DNA from: Candidatus Sungbacteria bacterium RIFCSPLOWO2_02_FULL_51_17
GTDB lineage: Bacteria; Patescibacteriota; Minisyncoccia; Sungbacterales; GWA2-42-14
NCBI GenBank assembly: GCA_001820785.1
Contig: MHQW01000043.1
Location: forward strand, 24,931 to 73,072
Length of the DNA: 48,142 nt
Direction of reading: 5' to 3'
The notes under the pieces were generated by a model. The model made no database searches. It worked only from the letters and a program-made list of their open reading frames with translations, and was not told the DNA's origin. Made by a program: the position numbers and the translations under genes. Positions 18,138-26,338 of this stretch are shown here, in pieces. The stretch's first letter is position 1, and each line of letters begins with the position of its first letter.

Positions 18138-18251
18138 AAACCCCGCCCGTAAAAGGCGGGGTTTACTTTATTTCACATGACGCGTTTCCCAATATCACAA
18201 AACGATATTTCATGCTCTGTACATACAGCCCGCCTTTTACGGGCGGGGTTT
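18138..18251. mobile_element. REPIN/MITE-like element, copy 1 (114 bp)
   Basis: Perfect 23-bp terminal inverted repeat AAACCCCGCCCGTAAAAGGCGGG; second copy at 41096-41210. Confidence 0.7.
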
Positions 18252-18265
18252 CGCACAAAAAAGCA

Positions 18266-19327
18266 TCAACCGCATCCGCATATGCCGGTACCGAGCGGGT
18301 TCGTGAATTGATCCCATACGGCGTTTGGATAGGCCGCACAAATCAAGTTAAGGCACCCATCCGGGATGTCACAAGCGGCAGAAAACGGTCCGCAATCCTC
18401 AACAAACACGACGCTAACCCCAACGTACTTCCAGCCACAGTTGCAACAATACACCCAGCCATTGAAACCATAGACGGGGTACATGGGGTTAAGGTCCTTG
18501 TAACAATCCGGTTTTGTGTTCCAGGACGGCGTCCAGTCGTTTGATGCCATCGCGACCTCGGGAACTGCAAGCACATATTTTAAGCCGTCAAGAATATCGG
18601 CGATTAATGAGCCGCTCTCTTTCTTGTAGATTAGCCGTTGTGCCCCAGGAAGAACAATATCACTGACACCAACCGCCCCACCCTCCAGTGCCGCACGCTC
18701 CCTTTTAACGATCTCGGGTAAAAGCTCGTTCAGACCGCGTTCCAAAGACGCAACATCGTTTTCGTCAACAGCTCCTCGGGAACGGGCAAATCCGAAGATT
18801 CTGTTCAATGTTTTGTACACCTCCGCGTCCGTATTGAGAGGACTCCGCTCCGAATCTGCCACATATCCTTCAGAAACCATAAGATTTTCAACCTTTTTTA
18901 ACCCTTCGCGATACGCGGGAGGCCAAAGCCGGTCAAAAACCTCGGCTTCACTAAGCCGAGTCCCGGGCTTGGTTGCAAAATATTCCATAAATAAGCTTCC
19001 CTTTTGCCTATCTACTATGCGAAACACTATCGGCGCGATATCGGCAATCTTTGGTGTCTCGTATATTGGCTCCGGGGCTGTTTCCCCTTGAATACGCGTA
19101 GTTGCCTTTGGCATACTTTTTCCACCATCACCAGCAAACACGAGACCTTTTTGCTGTTCAATCTGGCTTAGCACCGCCGAACCACCACCCTCACCGCCCC
19201 CAACCAGAGAAGTCGCCCCCCTTGGCCCCGCACTACCGTTGTCAGATACAAAAAAGAGGTTCCCAAGAACAACAAGGGCAAAAACAGCAAGTAGAGCAAA
19301 AAATGCTATCAATCGTTTCTTTGTCAT
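18266..19327 (-). CDS. Exported protein with a cysteine-rich C-terminal domain
   Basis: MTKKR plus TM anchor; 10 Cys in the last ~80 aa, ending GICGCG; TATAAT 9 nt upstream of ATG 19327. Confidence 0.8.
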   Translation of the reverse strand: MTKKRLIAFFALLAVFALVVLGNLFFVSDNGSAGPRGATSLVGGGEGGGSAVLSQIEQQKGLVFAGDGGKSMPKATTRIQGETAPEPIYETPKIADIAPIVFRIVDRQKGSLFMEYFATKPGTRLSEAEVFDRLWPPAYREGLKKVENLMVSEGYVADSERSPLNTDAEVYKTLNRIFGFARSRGAVDENDVASLERGLNELLPEIVKRERAALEGGAVGVSDIVLPGAQRLIYKKESGSLIADILDGLKYVLAVPEVAMASNDWTPSWNTKPDCYKDLNPMYPVYGFNGWVYCCNCGWKYVGVSVVFVEDCGPFSAACDIPDGCLNLICAAYPNAVWDQFTNPLGTGICGCG

Positions 19328-19413
19328 AGTGCTTTCATTATACAGTTCTTTAAAATATTTGAAACAGCGCGCTGTCCAAAGACGGTTTTTTGCCATCCGC
19401 CCACAACCCCCCG

Positions 19414-19422
19414 TTATCCACA
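19414..19422 (+). promoter_or_regulatory. Perfect DnaA box
   Basis: TTATCCACA in the divergent intergenic region at the head of the T4SS-like locus. Confidence 0.45.
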
Positions 19423-19465
19423 GGATTGTAACGGGTCTTGCACAGGGAAAGAGTATAATAAAGAA

Positions 19466-20512
19466 GTGAAATCCGTGGCGACCCTACTGAAAAGATCAAT
19501 ATACGCAAGGGCCACCCTTGCCCTTTTTGCCATTACCGCTGTGGGAGGCGCTGTGTTCCTCCTGCTTTTACCAACACCAGAAGAGCGGCTTCAGAAAGCG
19601 CTGGAAGAAAAGGTGGTCTTGAGCGATGAGGAAAAAAAATTGGTGTCAGCACGACTGGAAGAACTAAGCGGAGATGCCGATAGCGACGGCCTAAAGGACT
19701 GGGAAGAACTGATATACAAGACCGACAAGGACAATCCGGACACAGACGGCGACGGGGCTAAAGACGGGGAAGAGGTTCGTGCTGGAAGGAACCCGCTTAA
19801 AACAGGACCGAACGACGACATTCTTGGAACACTTTCGGACGAAACCGCCAAAGAATCAGCCGATGCTGCGCGTCCGATCTCAAACAAAATTGCAGATATT
19901 CTGTTGCAAGACCAGGCGTTTGCGGCGGCCCTCACCAATGGCCCCGAATCACTCACTGACGAAGACGTTGCCCGACTCGCAGAGCGTGTGTATGCGGCGC
20001 GCCCTAATATCGGCGAATCCGTGGACAGCGCCGCCCTGTGGCATCCGATAAAAATCATTACCGACAACTCACCGCTTGCGATAAAAAATTACTTCAACGC
20101 CCTGGGAGCAATCCTTATCAAATACCTGTCCGGCCCTGCCGAAGAGGATTCGCTTGCGATCATTGAGCGCGCGCTAGCAAAAAACAACCTTGCAGAACTT
20201 TACGCGCTCAACTCAAAGGTGGAACTTCTTGACCGAAGCATCGCCGCATTACAAAACGTTCCCACCCCTTCTTCGCTCGTTGATTTTCAAAAAAAAGAAC
20301 TGTTGCTTTTTGCGAAAACAAAAAATGAGCTGGCAGCACTTGCGAAAGCCGAGGAAGACCCGGCCGTCATGATATTTCTTGTCCCAGAGGTCCTAAAGTT
20401 AAAAAAGGAGGCAGGCAACTTCCATCGCGAGCTGATAGCGTGGCTTGCCGGACGATCAATAATGTTCAGCAATGAGGAGGGCGGGGTCTTCTTCAATAAA
20501 GAACAGGGATAA
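19466..20512 (+). CDS. Membrane-anchored protein with thrombospondin type 3-like Ca-binding repeats
   Basis: DADSDGLKDWEE...DNPDTDGDGAKDGEEV...NPL; N-terminal TM. Confidence 0.85.
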   Translation: MKSVATLLKRSIYARATLALFAITAVGGAVFLLLLPTPEERLQKALEEKVVLSDEEKKLVSARLEELSGDADSDGLKDWEELIYKTDKDNPDTDGDGAKDGEEVRAGRNPLKTGPNDDILGTLSDETAKESADAARPISNKIADILLQDQAFAAALTNGPESLTDEDVARLAERVYAARPNIGESVDSAALWHPIKIITDNSPLAIKNYFNALGAILIKYLSGPAEEDSLAIIERALAKNNLAELYALNSKVELLDRSIAALQNVPTPSSLVDFQKKELLLFAKTKNELAALAKAEEDPAVMIFLVPEVLKLKKEAGNFHRELIAWLAGRSIMFSNEEGGVFFNKEQG

Positions 20513-21388
20513 ATGTCTATTTTTTCAAAAAAAACTTCACCAATTATTTCGTCTCTTATCCTCGGGGCGTTCGTCCTGGGCCTTTTGTTCCCGTTGTCCA
20601 TTCCCCGCGAGACACAAGCGTCTGTCCCACAACATTGCAGCTTAGTAGATGACCTTTGCACCAAAGAGGTGTCCGCGCGCCTTTCTTCTCTAAGCTGGGA
20701 CGCCCTTATTGGTTCCATTTTCTCCTGGGACGCGCTTTCAACTATGGCAGCAAAGGCCTTTATCAAGATCCTGCGCGAAATCGTTATAACATATATCAGA
20801 ACAGGGAGGTTTCAGAAACCCACGTTTGTGCTCAACTACATGCTTGATCCGCAGATGATGGCGGAAAACGCGGCGCGAATATTTTTATCAGACCTCACTG
20901 GACTCAATTTTTGTTCAAACGTGGGAGATGTAAGCAGAAATCTTTCTTTTTCGCTCAACCTCTCCCTTTCGCTGGAATGCTCACTTGCAAATAAAAATGA
21001 TTTCAATCGGATACTGACCGACTACATCCGCCGTCCGGAAACCGTCACTCCACGGGACTATTACTTATGGCTTCAGAGAGAGAATGATTACACTCACTCC
21101 GTCATTACCGCCGAATCAAAAAAACTTGAGGCCGAAGCCCGGGCGCTCATCGGTCGCGCCGCGGAAACCATAACGGGCGATGGCTTTCTTGGCATCCGCG
21201 ACCCCGCAACGGGCAAGGTAAAAACACCGGGTGAGATCGTCGCGGAACCCCTACGCCAGACGATCGCCTCGGACTATCGCGGCGTGGACATTGCCGATGA
21301 ACTGTCTGATGCGGTGGCGGCCGTAATAAACGTCATTTTTTCAACAGTACTGGAGAAAATAATCAATGGAGCTACATCGCTCATTTAA
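20513..21388 (+). CDS. Exported hypothetical protein of the T4SS-like locus
   Basis: Signal peptide ending PRETQA; GDGFLG...VKTPG motif; abuts the upstream stop codon. Confidence 0.8.
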   Translation: MSIFSKKTSPIISSLILGAFVLGLLFPLSIPRETQASVPQHCSLVDDLCTKEVSARLSSLSWDALIGSIFSWDALSTMAAKAFIKILREIVITYIRTGRFQKPTFVLNYMLDPQMMAENAARIFLSDLTGLNFCSNVGDVSRNLSFSLNLSLSLECSLANKNDFNRILTDYIRRPETVTPRDYYLWLQRENDYTHSVITAESKKLEAEARALIGRAAETITGDGFLGIRDPATGKVKTPGEIVAEPLRQTIASDYRGVDIADELSDAVAAVINVIFSTVLEKIINGATSLI

Positions 21389-21514
21389 CCCCACAATGAA
21401 CGCTTCCTGCAAAACACACTTGCAAAGACCGTTGTGTTACAGAAAACAGCATCCTCGGATCTTGTCTGATCTCTGCTCACACCAAAGAATGTAGTCATCG
21501 TTTACTCGCATCGC

Positions 21515-23863
21515 ATGTTTACAACCTGCCTTACAACGCAAAAATTTGTCGCAACCGCTCTTCTTCTGTCGGTTGCGCTTGGCGTCTTCCAGCCGCTTTC
21601 AGCGTTCGCAGAACCGGTAGGAGTTGAGTTTGGCGGTTCCGATCCGGGGGTCTCTGCAACCACCGATTATACCGCCCTCCAAAAGGATTCGGGGAACTGG
21701 AAAGCAAGCGAGATAAGCGCAAGCGCCAAAACCGGCCAAGGACAGAACTATAACACCTCCTGCTGGGGCGTCCTCTATGCGTTTGTGTGTGGTGGCATGT
21801 TACTGGTAGAGGCAATACTGGATTCGCTTGGGTGGATTCTCACCAGTATCGCCGAATACCTTTTCTTCTATGCAATTGAGGTAAACTTTTCTTCTTTTGA
21901 CCAGTCCGCGAAGGATTTTACCCAAATAGGCGTTCTTGGTTGGCGAGTTACGCGGGATGTGGCAAACATGTTCTTTGTGTTTATTCTGCTGTGGATCGCG
22001 CTTGCAACGATATTCAACTTCGGGCAATACACCGCCAAACAAACACTTCCGAAACTTATTATCGCGGCCCTCTTGATTAATTTCAGCTTGCCCATTGCCT
22101 CAATTGTCATCACAGGAACCAACTATCTTGCCGGCATATTCATTGCAGACCTTCAAAGGCAGGGCGGTCCGCGCGATATCATCTCAAAAATGGGCCTGGA
22201 CGGTGACCGGATCACAAAACAGGTCGGTACCACACGCCCGCCCGGCGGGGGAGGAGACACCAGTCAGCAAAAAGTTGACGCCGCCCTCCTAAAAACAGAA
22301 ACCTATGTGGACTCAAACGGAAACACCGTCACGGTTGACGCAACAGGGTGCCAGGCTCAGGCGCCCGCTAGCGACCCAGCAAACTTTATGAAAAGAATGA
22401 AGGCGTGCGCAGCCGTAGATCTTACTATCCGCGAAAACTTATCGGCGGTGTATAATGCCCAAAATGGGGCAGGAACGGTTGGCGCGATCGGCCAGCGCGT
22501 TATGGTTAAAATGATCGCCTACCCCATTGCAACCTTCGTCCTTTTCGCAGGAGCAATCTTTCTTATGATCCGGCTCGTTTCCCTTACGTTCATCATCATC
22601 CTTGCCCCAATGGCATTCCTTTTTATGGTGCTTCCTTCTACCCAGCAATACTACAGCCAGTGGTGGGATCGGCTCGTCAAATGGTCGTTTTTCTTCCCGG
22701 CTTTTTCCTTCTTTTTCTGGCTATCGCTCAAGGTGCTTGGCCTCATTACCCAGACCACCGATGTTGGCATCGGACCCCAGGTTGCTCAATTGATAATCGG
22801 CGCCATGATGATGATAGCGTCGTTGACAGTCGCGCAACAAATGGGCATCTCTGCCGCAGGCACCGTTAATGGGTGGGGCAGGAGAATGGCATACGGTTCC
22901 GGAAGATGGGCACGCAGAACGTCATACCGAAAGACCGTCGGCTCAAAGCCAGTCCAGGCGGGACTAGAAAAAGTGCGAAGTGCCGCGGTAAGTGCAGGAG
23001 CTCCAATGTGGGTAAGAAGAAACCTTGCAAAGGTCACCGCCGAGTCCGAGCGTCTGGGCAAGATCTCAACCGAGAAGAAGTATGGATATCTCAAGAACCT
23101 CAAACCGGAAGATCGCGGCAAGGAACTCAACTTTGCCAAGAAGGCCGATATGGAGGTGTTCAATAAGATGAGCGCACGAGACCAGCAAGAGGCGGTGAAC
23201 GGCCTTACCGCAGAAAAACAGGTGCAGGCATTCCACTCTGCACAGGCCCACGGCATGGGCAACCTCATTCTCAACGCAACGAACAACCCCGAGGTCATCG
23301 TGAACATTGAAAAGCCGGGCCTGCAAAATGCCAACCCCGTTGAATTTAGGAAACAAATAGTGAAGGAGGTTCAGCAAATGGCAAATGCAAATAAACTCGG
23401 AGATATATCACCCGAGTTCATTCGGAGCGAGCACTTCACGAACTGGATGGCGAGCGCAAAACAAGAAGAGATAGAGCAACTCTTCAAATCATCAGAAAAA
23501 GACGTGCGAAATGCTTTTGCAGATACGATTCAAAGCACCTATGACCAGGCACAAGAAATGGGAGCGGCCGCGGCCGCTATGGCGCCAGTCGCTGATCGTG
23601 ACCGAATATTTGACCAGGCATTCCAGCGCGATCTTGGTACCCGCATGTCTGCGGAGGTCAACCAATACCTTACGACATCTCCACACTTCCAGACGGTTAT
23701 GATGGGAGGTGCGCCCGTACTAAAACAGCGACGAACCGCCGATGAGGAACTACTAAGATTAATCAGAGCGGGAGGGCCCGCCGCCGCAGGTGGCACAACC
23801 CCCGCCACACCAGCAGCCCCGGCCGCGCCCCCCGCCGGCACTCCCCCGGGTGGCACACCGTAA
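21515..23863 (+). CDS. VirB6/TrbL-like polytopic membrane protein with a long C-terminal tail
   Basis: GWRVTRDVANMFFVFIL...LPKLIIAALLINFSL and R..L..IIILAPMAFL...WW..L..FFP; Ala/Pro-rich end; gene context. Confidence 0.78.
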   Translation: MFTTCLTTQKFVATALLLSVALGVFQPLSAFAEPVGVEFGGSDPGVSATTDYTALQKDSGNWKASEISASAKTGQGQNYNTSCWGVLYAFVCGGMLLVEAILDSLGWILTSIAEYLFFYAIEVNFSSFDQSAKDFTQIGVLGWRVTRDVANMFFVFILLWIALATIFNFGQYTAKQTLPKLIIAALLINFSLPIASIVITGTNYLAGIFIADLQRQGGPRDIISKMGLDGDRITKQVGTTRPPGGGGDTSQQKVDAALLKTETYVDSNGNTVTVDATGCQAQAPASDPANFMKRMKACAAVDLTIRENLSAVYNAQNGAGTVGAIGQRVMVKMIAYPIATFVLFAGAIFLMIRLVSLTFIIILAPMAFLFMVLPSTQQYYSQWWDRLVKWSFFFPAFSFFFWLSLKVLGLITQTTDVGIGPQVAQLIIGAMMMIASLTVAQQMGISAAGTVNGWGRRMAYGSGRWARRTSYRKTVGSKPVQAGLEKVRSAAVSAGAPMWVRRNLAKVTAESERLGKISTEKKYGYLKNLKPEDRGKELNFAKKADMEVFNKMSARDQQEAVNGLTAEKQVQAFHSAQAHGMGNLILNATNNPEVIVNIEKPGLQNANPVEFRKQIVKEVQQMANANKLGDISPEFIRSEHFTNWMASAKQEEIEQLFKSSEKDVRNAFADTIQSTYDQAQEMGAAAAAMAPVADRDRIFDQAFQRDLGTRMSAEVNQYLTTSPHFQTVMMGGAPVLKQRRTADEELLRLIRAGGPAAAGGTTPATPAAPAAPPAGTPPGGTP

Positions 23864-23913
23864 TAATGAGAGATCCGTTTTTCCGCGCGTGAGATAATAC
23901 AAAAAGAGACACC

Positions 23914-24987
23914 ATGGAACCCGTAGACACAAAAAAAATTCAAGATGAGGCGGTTCAGCGCTTCAACACCCTGCCCCAGGATGTAAAAGACGCAATGATG
24001 AGCGTTTCTACAAGTGAGATCATTTACGAAACGGGGCGGAAGTTCGGGCTGAACATAGAAAAAACAGGGCTCCTTGCAAAACAGGTTGGCTTTGTCATGC
24101 TCGGCATGCTTCCTGCCCGCGATTTTATCCGCGACATGATAAAAATCCTTGGCGTAGACCCGAAGACCGCACAAGGCCTTGCCGCCGACATCAATCACCG
24201 GATATTCCTCCCCATTCGCGAGAATCTGAAAAAGATCCATGGCGTCGCGTTCAACGAAGATGTCTCGCGACAACCACAAGACATGCCTCAAAAACCTCTT
24301 GACGCGCCACAAGCGTCCGTGACGCCCCACACACCGCACACACAAGAGGCGTCAACCTTGAGGCCCGTCTCTGCTTCCCACGCCCCCGCCGCACCAGAAG
24401 CGATCCTTCCGAAACCGGAGACGCAACCCGCTCCGACTACCCAGCAATTCCAAGCGCCCCCTCCTCAAAAGATCGGAGAAGCAAAATCTGGGCTGGCGCA
24501 ACCACCGATTGCACCGAAACCGCCCGCATTAAGTTCCCTCCAAAAAGATATTGAAAGAGTTCTTGCGCCACTGGAAGATGCCCGGCCGACCATTCGCGTT
24601 CCGGCGCCCGAACGACCCGAAGAAGCGCCGCCCATCCACGCGGTCCCCGCTCAACAAAGAACATCGGCATCACCCCAACCGGATAAAGTCGCGTTCCCAC
24701 AATCAAGCACCACCCAGACAACTCCGAAACCCTTATTTTCTTCCTCGCCCGCCATCTTCCCTTCAGCAACAGAAAAACAGAAAGAGCCGGTAATCACAAA
24801 ACCGGAAGAGCGGGCAATCGCTGCTCCTTCGCTGCCCCCCCCAACCGGAGAGGCGCCAAAGATCAAACAGCCCATCGCAAGCGCCCTCTCGCAGGTCTTA
24901 CAGCCAAAGGCGGAAGGCGCGTTGCATGACCGCATTAAGGACCGGAGCAGCTATAAAGCAGACCCGTATCGTGAACCGGTAGAATAG
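23914..24987 (+). CDS. Pro-rich protein with a helical N-domain and C-terminal DPYREP motif
   Basis: RFNTLPQDVKDAM...IFLPIRENLKK, a ~230-aa P/A/Q-rich linker, then YKADPYREPVE. Confidence 0.85.
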   Translation: MEPVDTKKIQDEAVQRFNTLPQDVKDAMMSVSTSEIIYETGRKFGLNIEKTGLLAKQVGFVMLGMLPARDFIRDMIKILGVDPKTAQGLAADINHRIFLPIRENLKKIHGVAFNEDVSRQPQDMPQKPLDAPQASVTPHTPHTQEASTLRPVSASHAPAAPEAILPKPETQPAPTTQQFQAPPPQKIGEAKSGLAQPPIAPKPPALSSLQKDIERVLAPLEDARPTIRVPAPERPEEAPPIHAVPAQQRTSASPQPDKVAFPQSSTTQTTPKPLFSSSPAIFPSATEKQKEPVITKPEERAIAAPSLPPPTGEAPKIKQPIASALSQVLQPKAEGALHDRIKDRSSYKADPYREPVE

Positions 24988-25195
24988 GGGTTGGCCGCAA
25001 GACGCCATCACAAAAAATTCCGCTGGGTACGCTTTTGTACCCGGTACCCAAAATGACATTTTTCTTTTTGTGTCCTTTTGGGTGCCACGCACCGCCGAGC
25101 AGCAGGGGCACCCGTTCCGGCTTGTTTTTGCTTACGAAATGGACTCTCCCCACTATTTAGCCGCACCACAAGCGCCAGACGGATAAGAGAACATC

Positions 25196-25603
25196 ATGCA
25201 ACAATACCAGGTACCACAATTCATTATGATAGAAGACAAGATCATCGGCCCGCTTACCCTAAAGCAGTTCTTCTATCTGTTGGGAGGGGGCGGCGCTCTT
25301 ATCATTGCCTATGCGTTCCTAAATTTCATTTTTTTCGTGATCGTCGGAATTCCCATAGGCGCGCTCACCGCCGCGATGGCATTCCTCAAAATACAAGAGC
25401 GCCCCTTTCCACAGATGATCGTAAATGTCATCAACTTCTACACAAAGCCCCGCTTATATGTATGGAAAAACCTGCCACCGGCAAAAAAGAAGCGGGAAAG
25501 CGCGCAGGTGCCGGTAACAGCAATCCCTCGCATGAGCGAGAGCAAATTGTCGGAGCTTGCCTGGTCGCTTGATATTCACGAAAAAGTTAAACGAGAAGAA
25601 TAG
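25196..25603 (+). CDS. PrgI family (VirB3-like) protein
   Basis: QYQVPQFIMIEDKIIGPLTLKQF, two TM segments, ERPF, KPRLYVW. Confidence 0.88.
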   Translation: MQQYQVPQFIMIEDKIIGPLTLKQFFYLLGGGGALIIAYAFLNFIFFVIVGIPIGALTAAMAFLKIQERPFPQMIVNVINFYTKPRLYVWKNLPPAKKKRESAQVPVTAIPRMSESKLSELAWSLDIHEKVKREE

Positions 25604-25611
25604 TACCTTCC

Positions 25612-26307
25612 ATGCCCCTTCCAAAACAGGAACAATCGGTGAAAGCAAAATCCGCGCAAGCAGCGCAGGACTTTTTAGCCGTTGATACCATTCGCGACGG
25701 CATCATAACCCTTAAAAACGGGGGCCTGCGAAAGATCCTTATGACTTCGTCGCTTAATTTCGCGCTAAAGTCCGCCGATGAGCAGGATGCTATTATTTTT
25801 CAATATCAGAACTTCATCAACGCCGTTGATTTCTCGCTTCAATTCGTCGTACAGTCCCGAAAACTGAATATCACCCCGTACCTTCAAATACTCAAGGAGC
25901 GGGAAAAAGAGGAGGCGAACGACTTATTAAAGGTGCAAATATCGGAATATCGCGAGTTCATACGCTCGTTCGTAGAACTTTCAAACGTAGTATCAAAGGC
26001 CTTCTATATCGTCATTCCGTTCAACCCCACACTGATGTCTGGCAAAGGAGGTCTTTTTGGCGGCATGGGAGGGAAAAAACGGACAGAAGAGGAAAATTTT
26101 CTTGAGTACAAAACACAGATAGACCAGCGGGTGGATGCGGTGTCGCTCGGTCTTATCCGCTTCGGCATACGAACAGCGCCGCTTAACACGGAGGAGCTTA
26201 TTGAACTCTTCTATGGACTCTACAATCCGGGAGAGTTGGGTAAAGAGAAACCGATATCGCAGGAAACCGTCGCGAATCTTGAGAGTGCGCAGGATGCCCT
26301 GCGGTAA
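25612..26307 (+). CDS. VirB4/TraC N-terminal-like accessory protein
   Basis: SLNFALKSADEQDAII...FYIVIPF...LNTEELIELFY; lies between prgI-like and virB4-like genes. Confidence 0.75.
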   Translation: MPLPKQEQSVKAKSAQAAQDFLAVDTIRDGIITLKNGGLRKILMTSSLNFALKSADEQDAIIFQYQNFINAVDFSLQFVVQSRKLNITPYLQILKEREKEEANDLLKVQISEYREFIRSFVELSNVVSKAFYIVIPFNPTLMSGKGGLFGGMGGKKRTEEENFLEYKTQIDQRVDAVSLGLIRFGIRTAPLNTEELIELFYGLYNPGELGKEKPISQETVANLESAQDALR

Positions 26308-26338
26308 CGACCTTGGCAGTAGTGCCTGAAGAACAACT

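Noticed and set aside
23770-23860. GC-rich quasi-repeats at the end of the virB6-like gene
   Set aside because: Explained by an Ala/Pro/Gly low-complexity protein tail; not a CRISPR array or DNA repeat.
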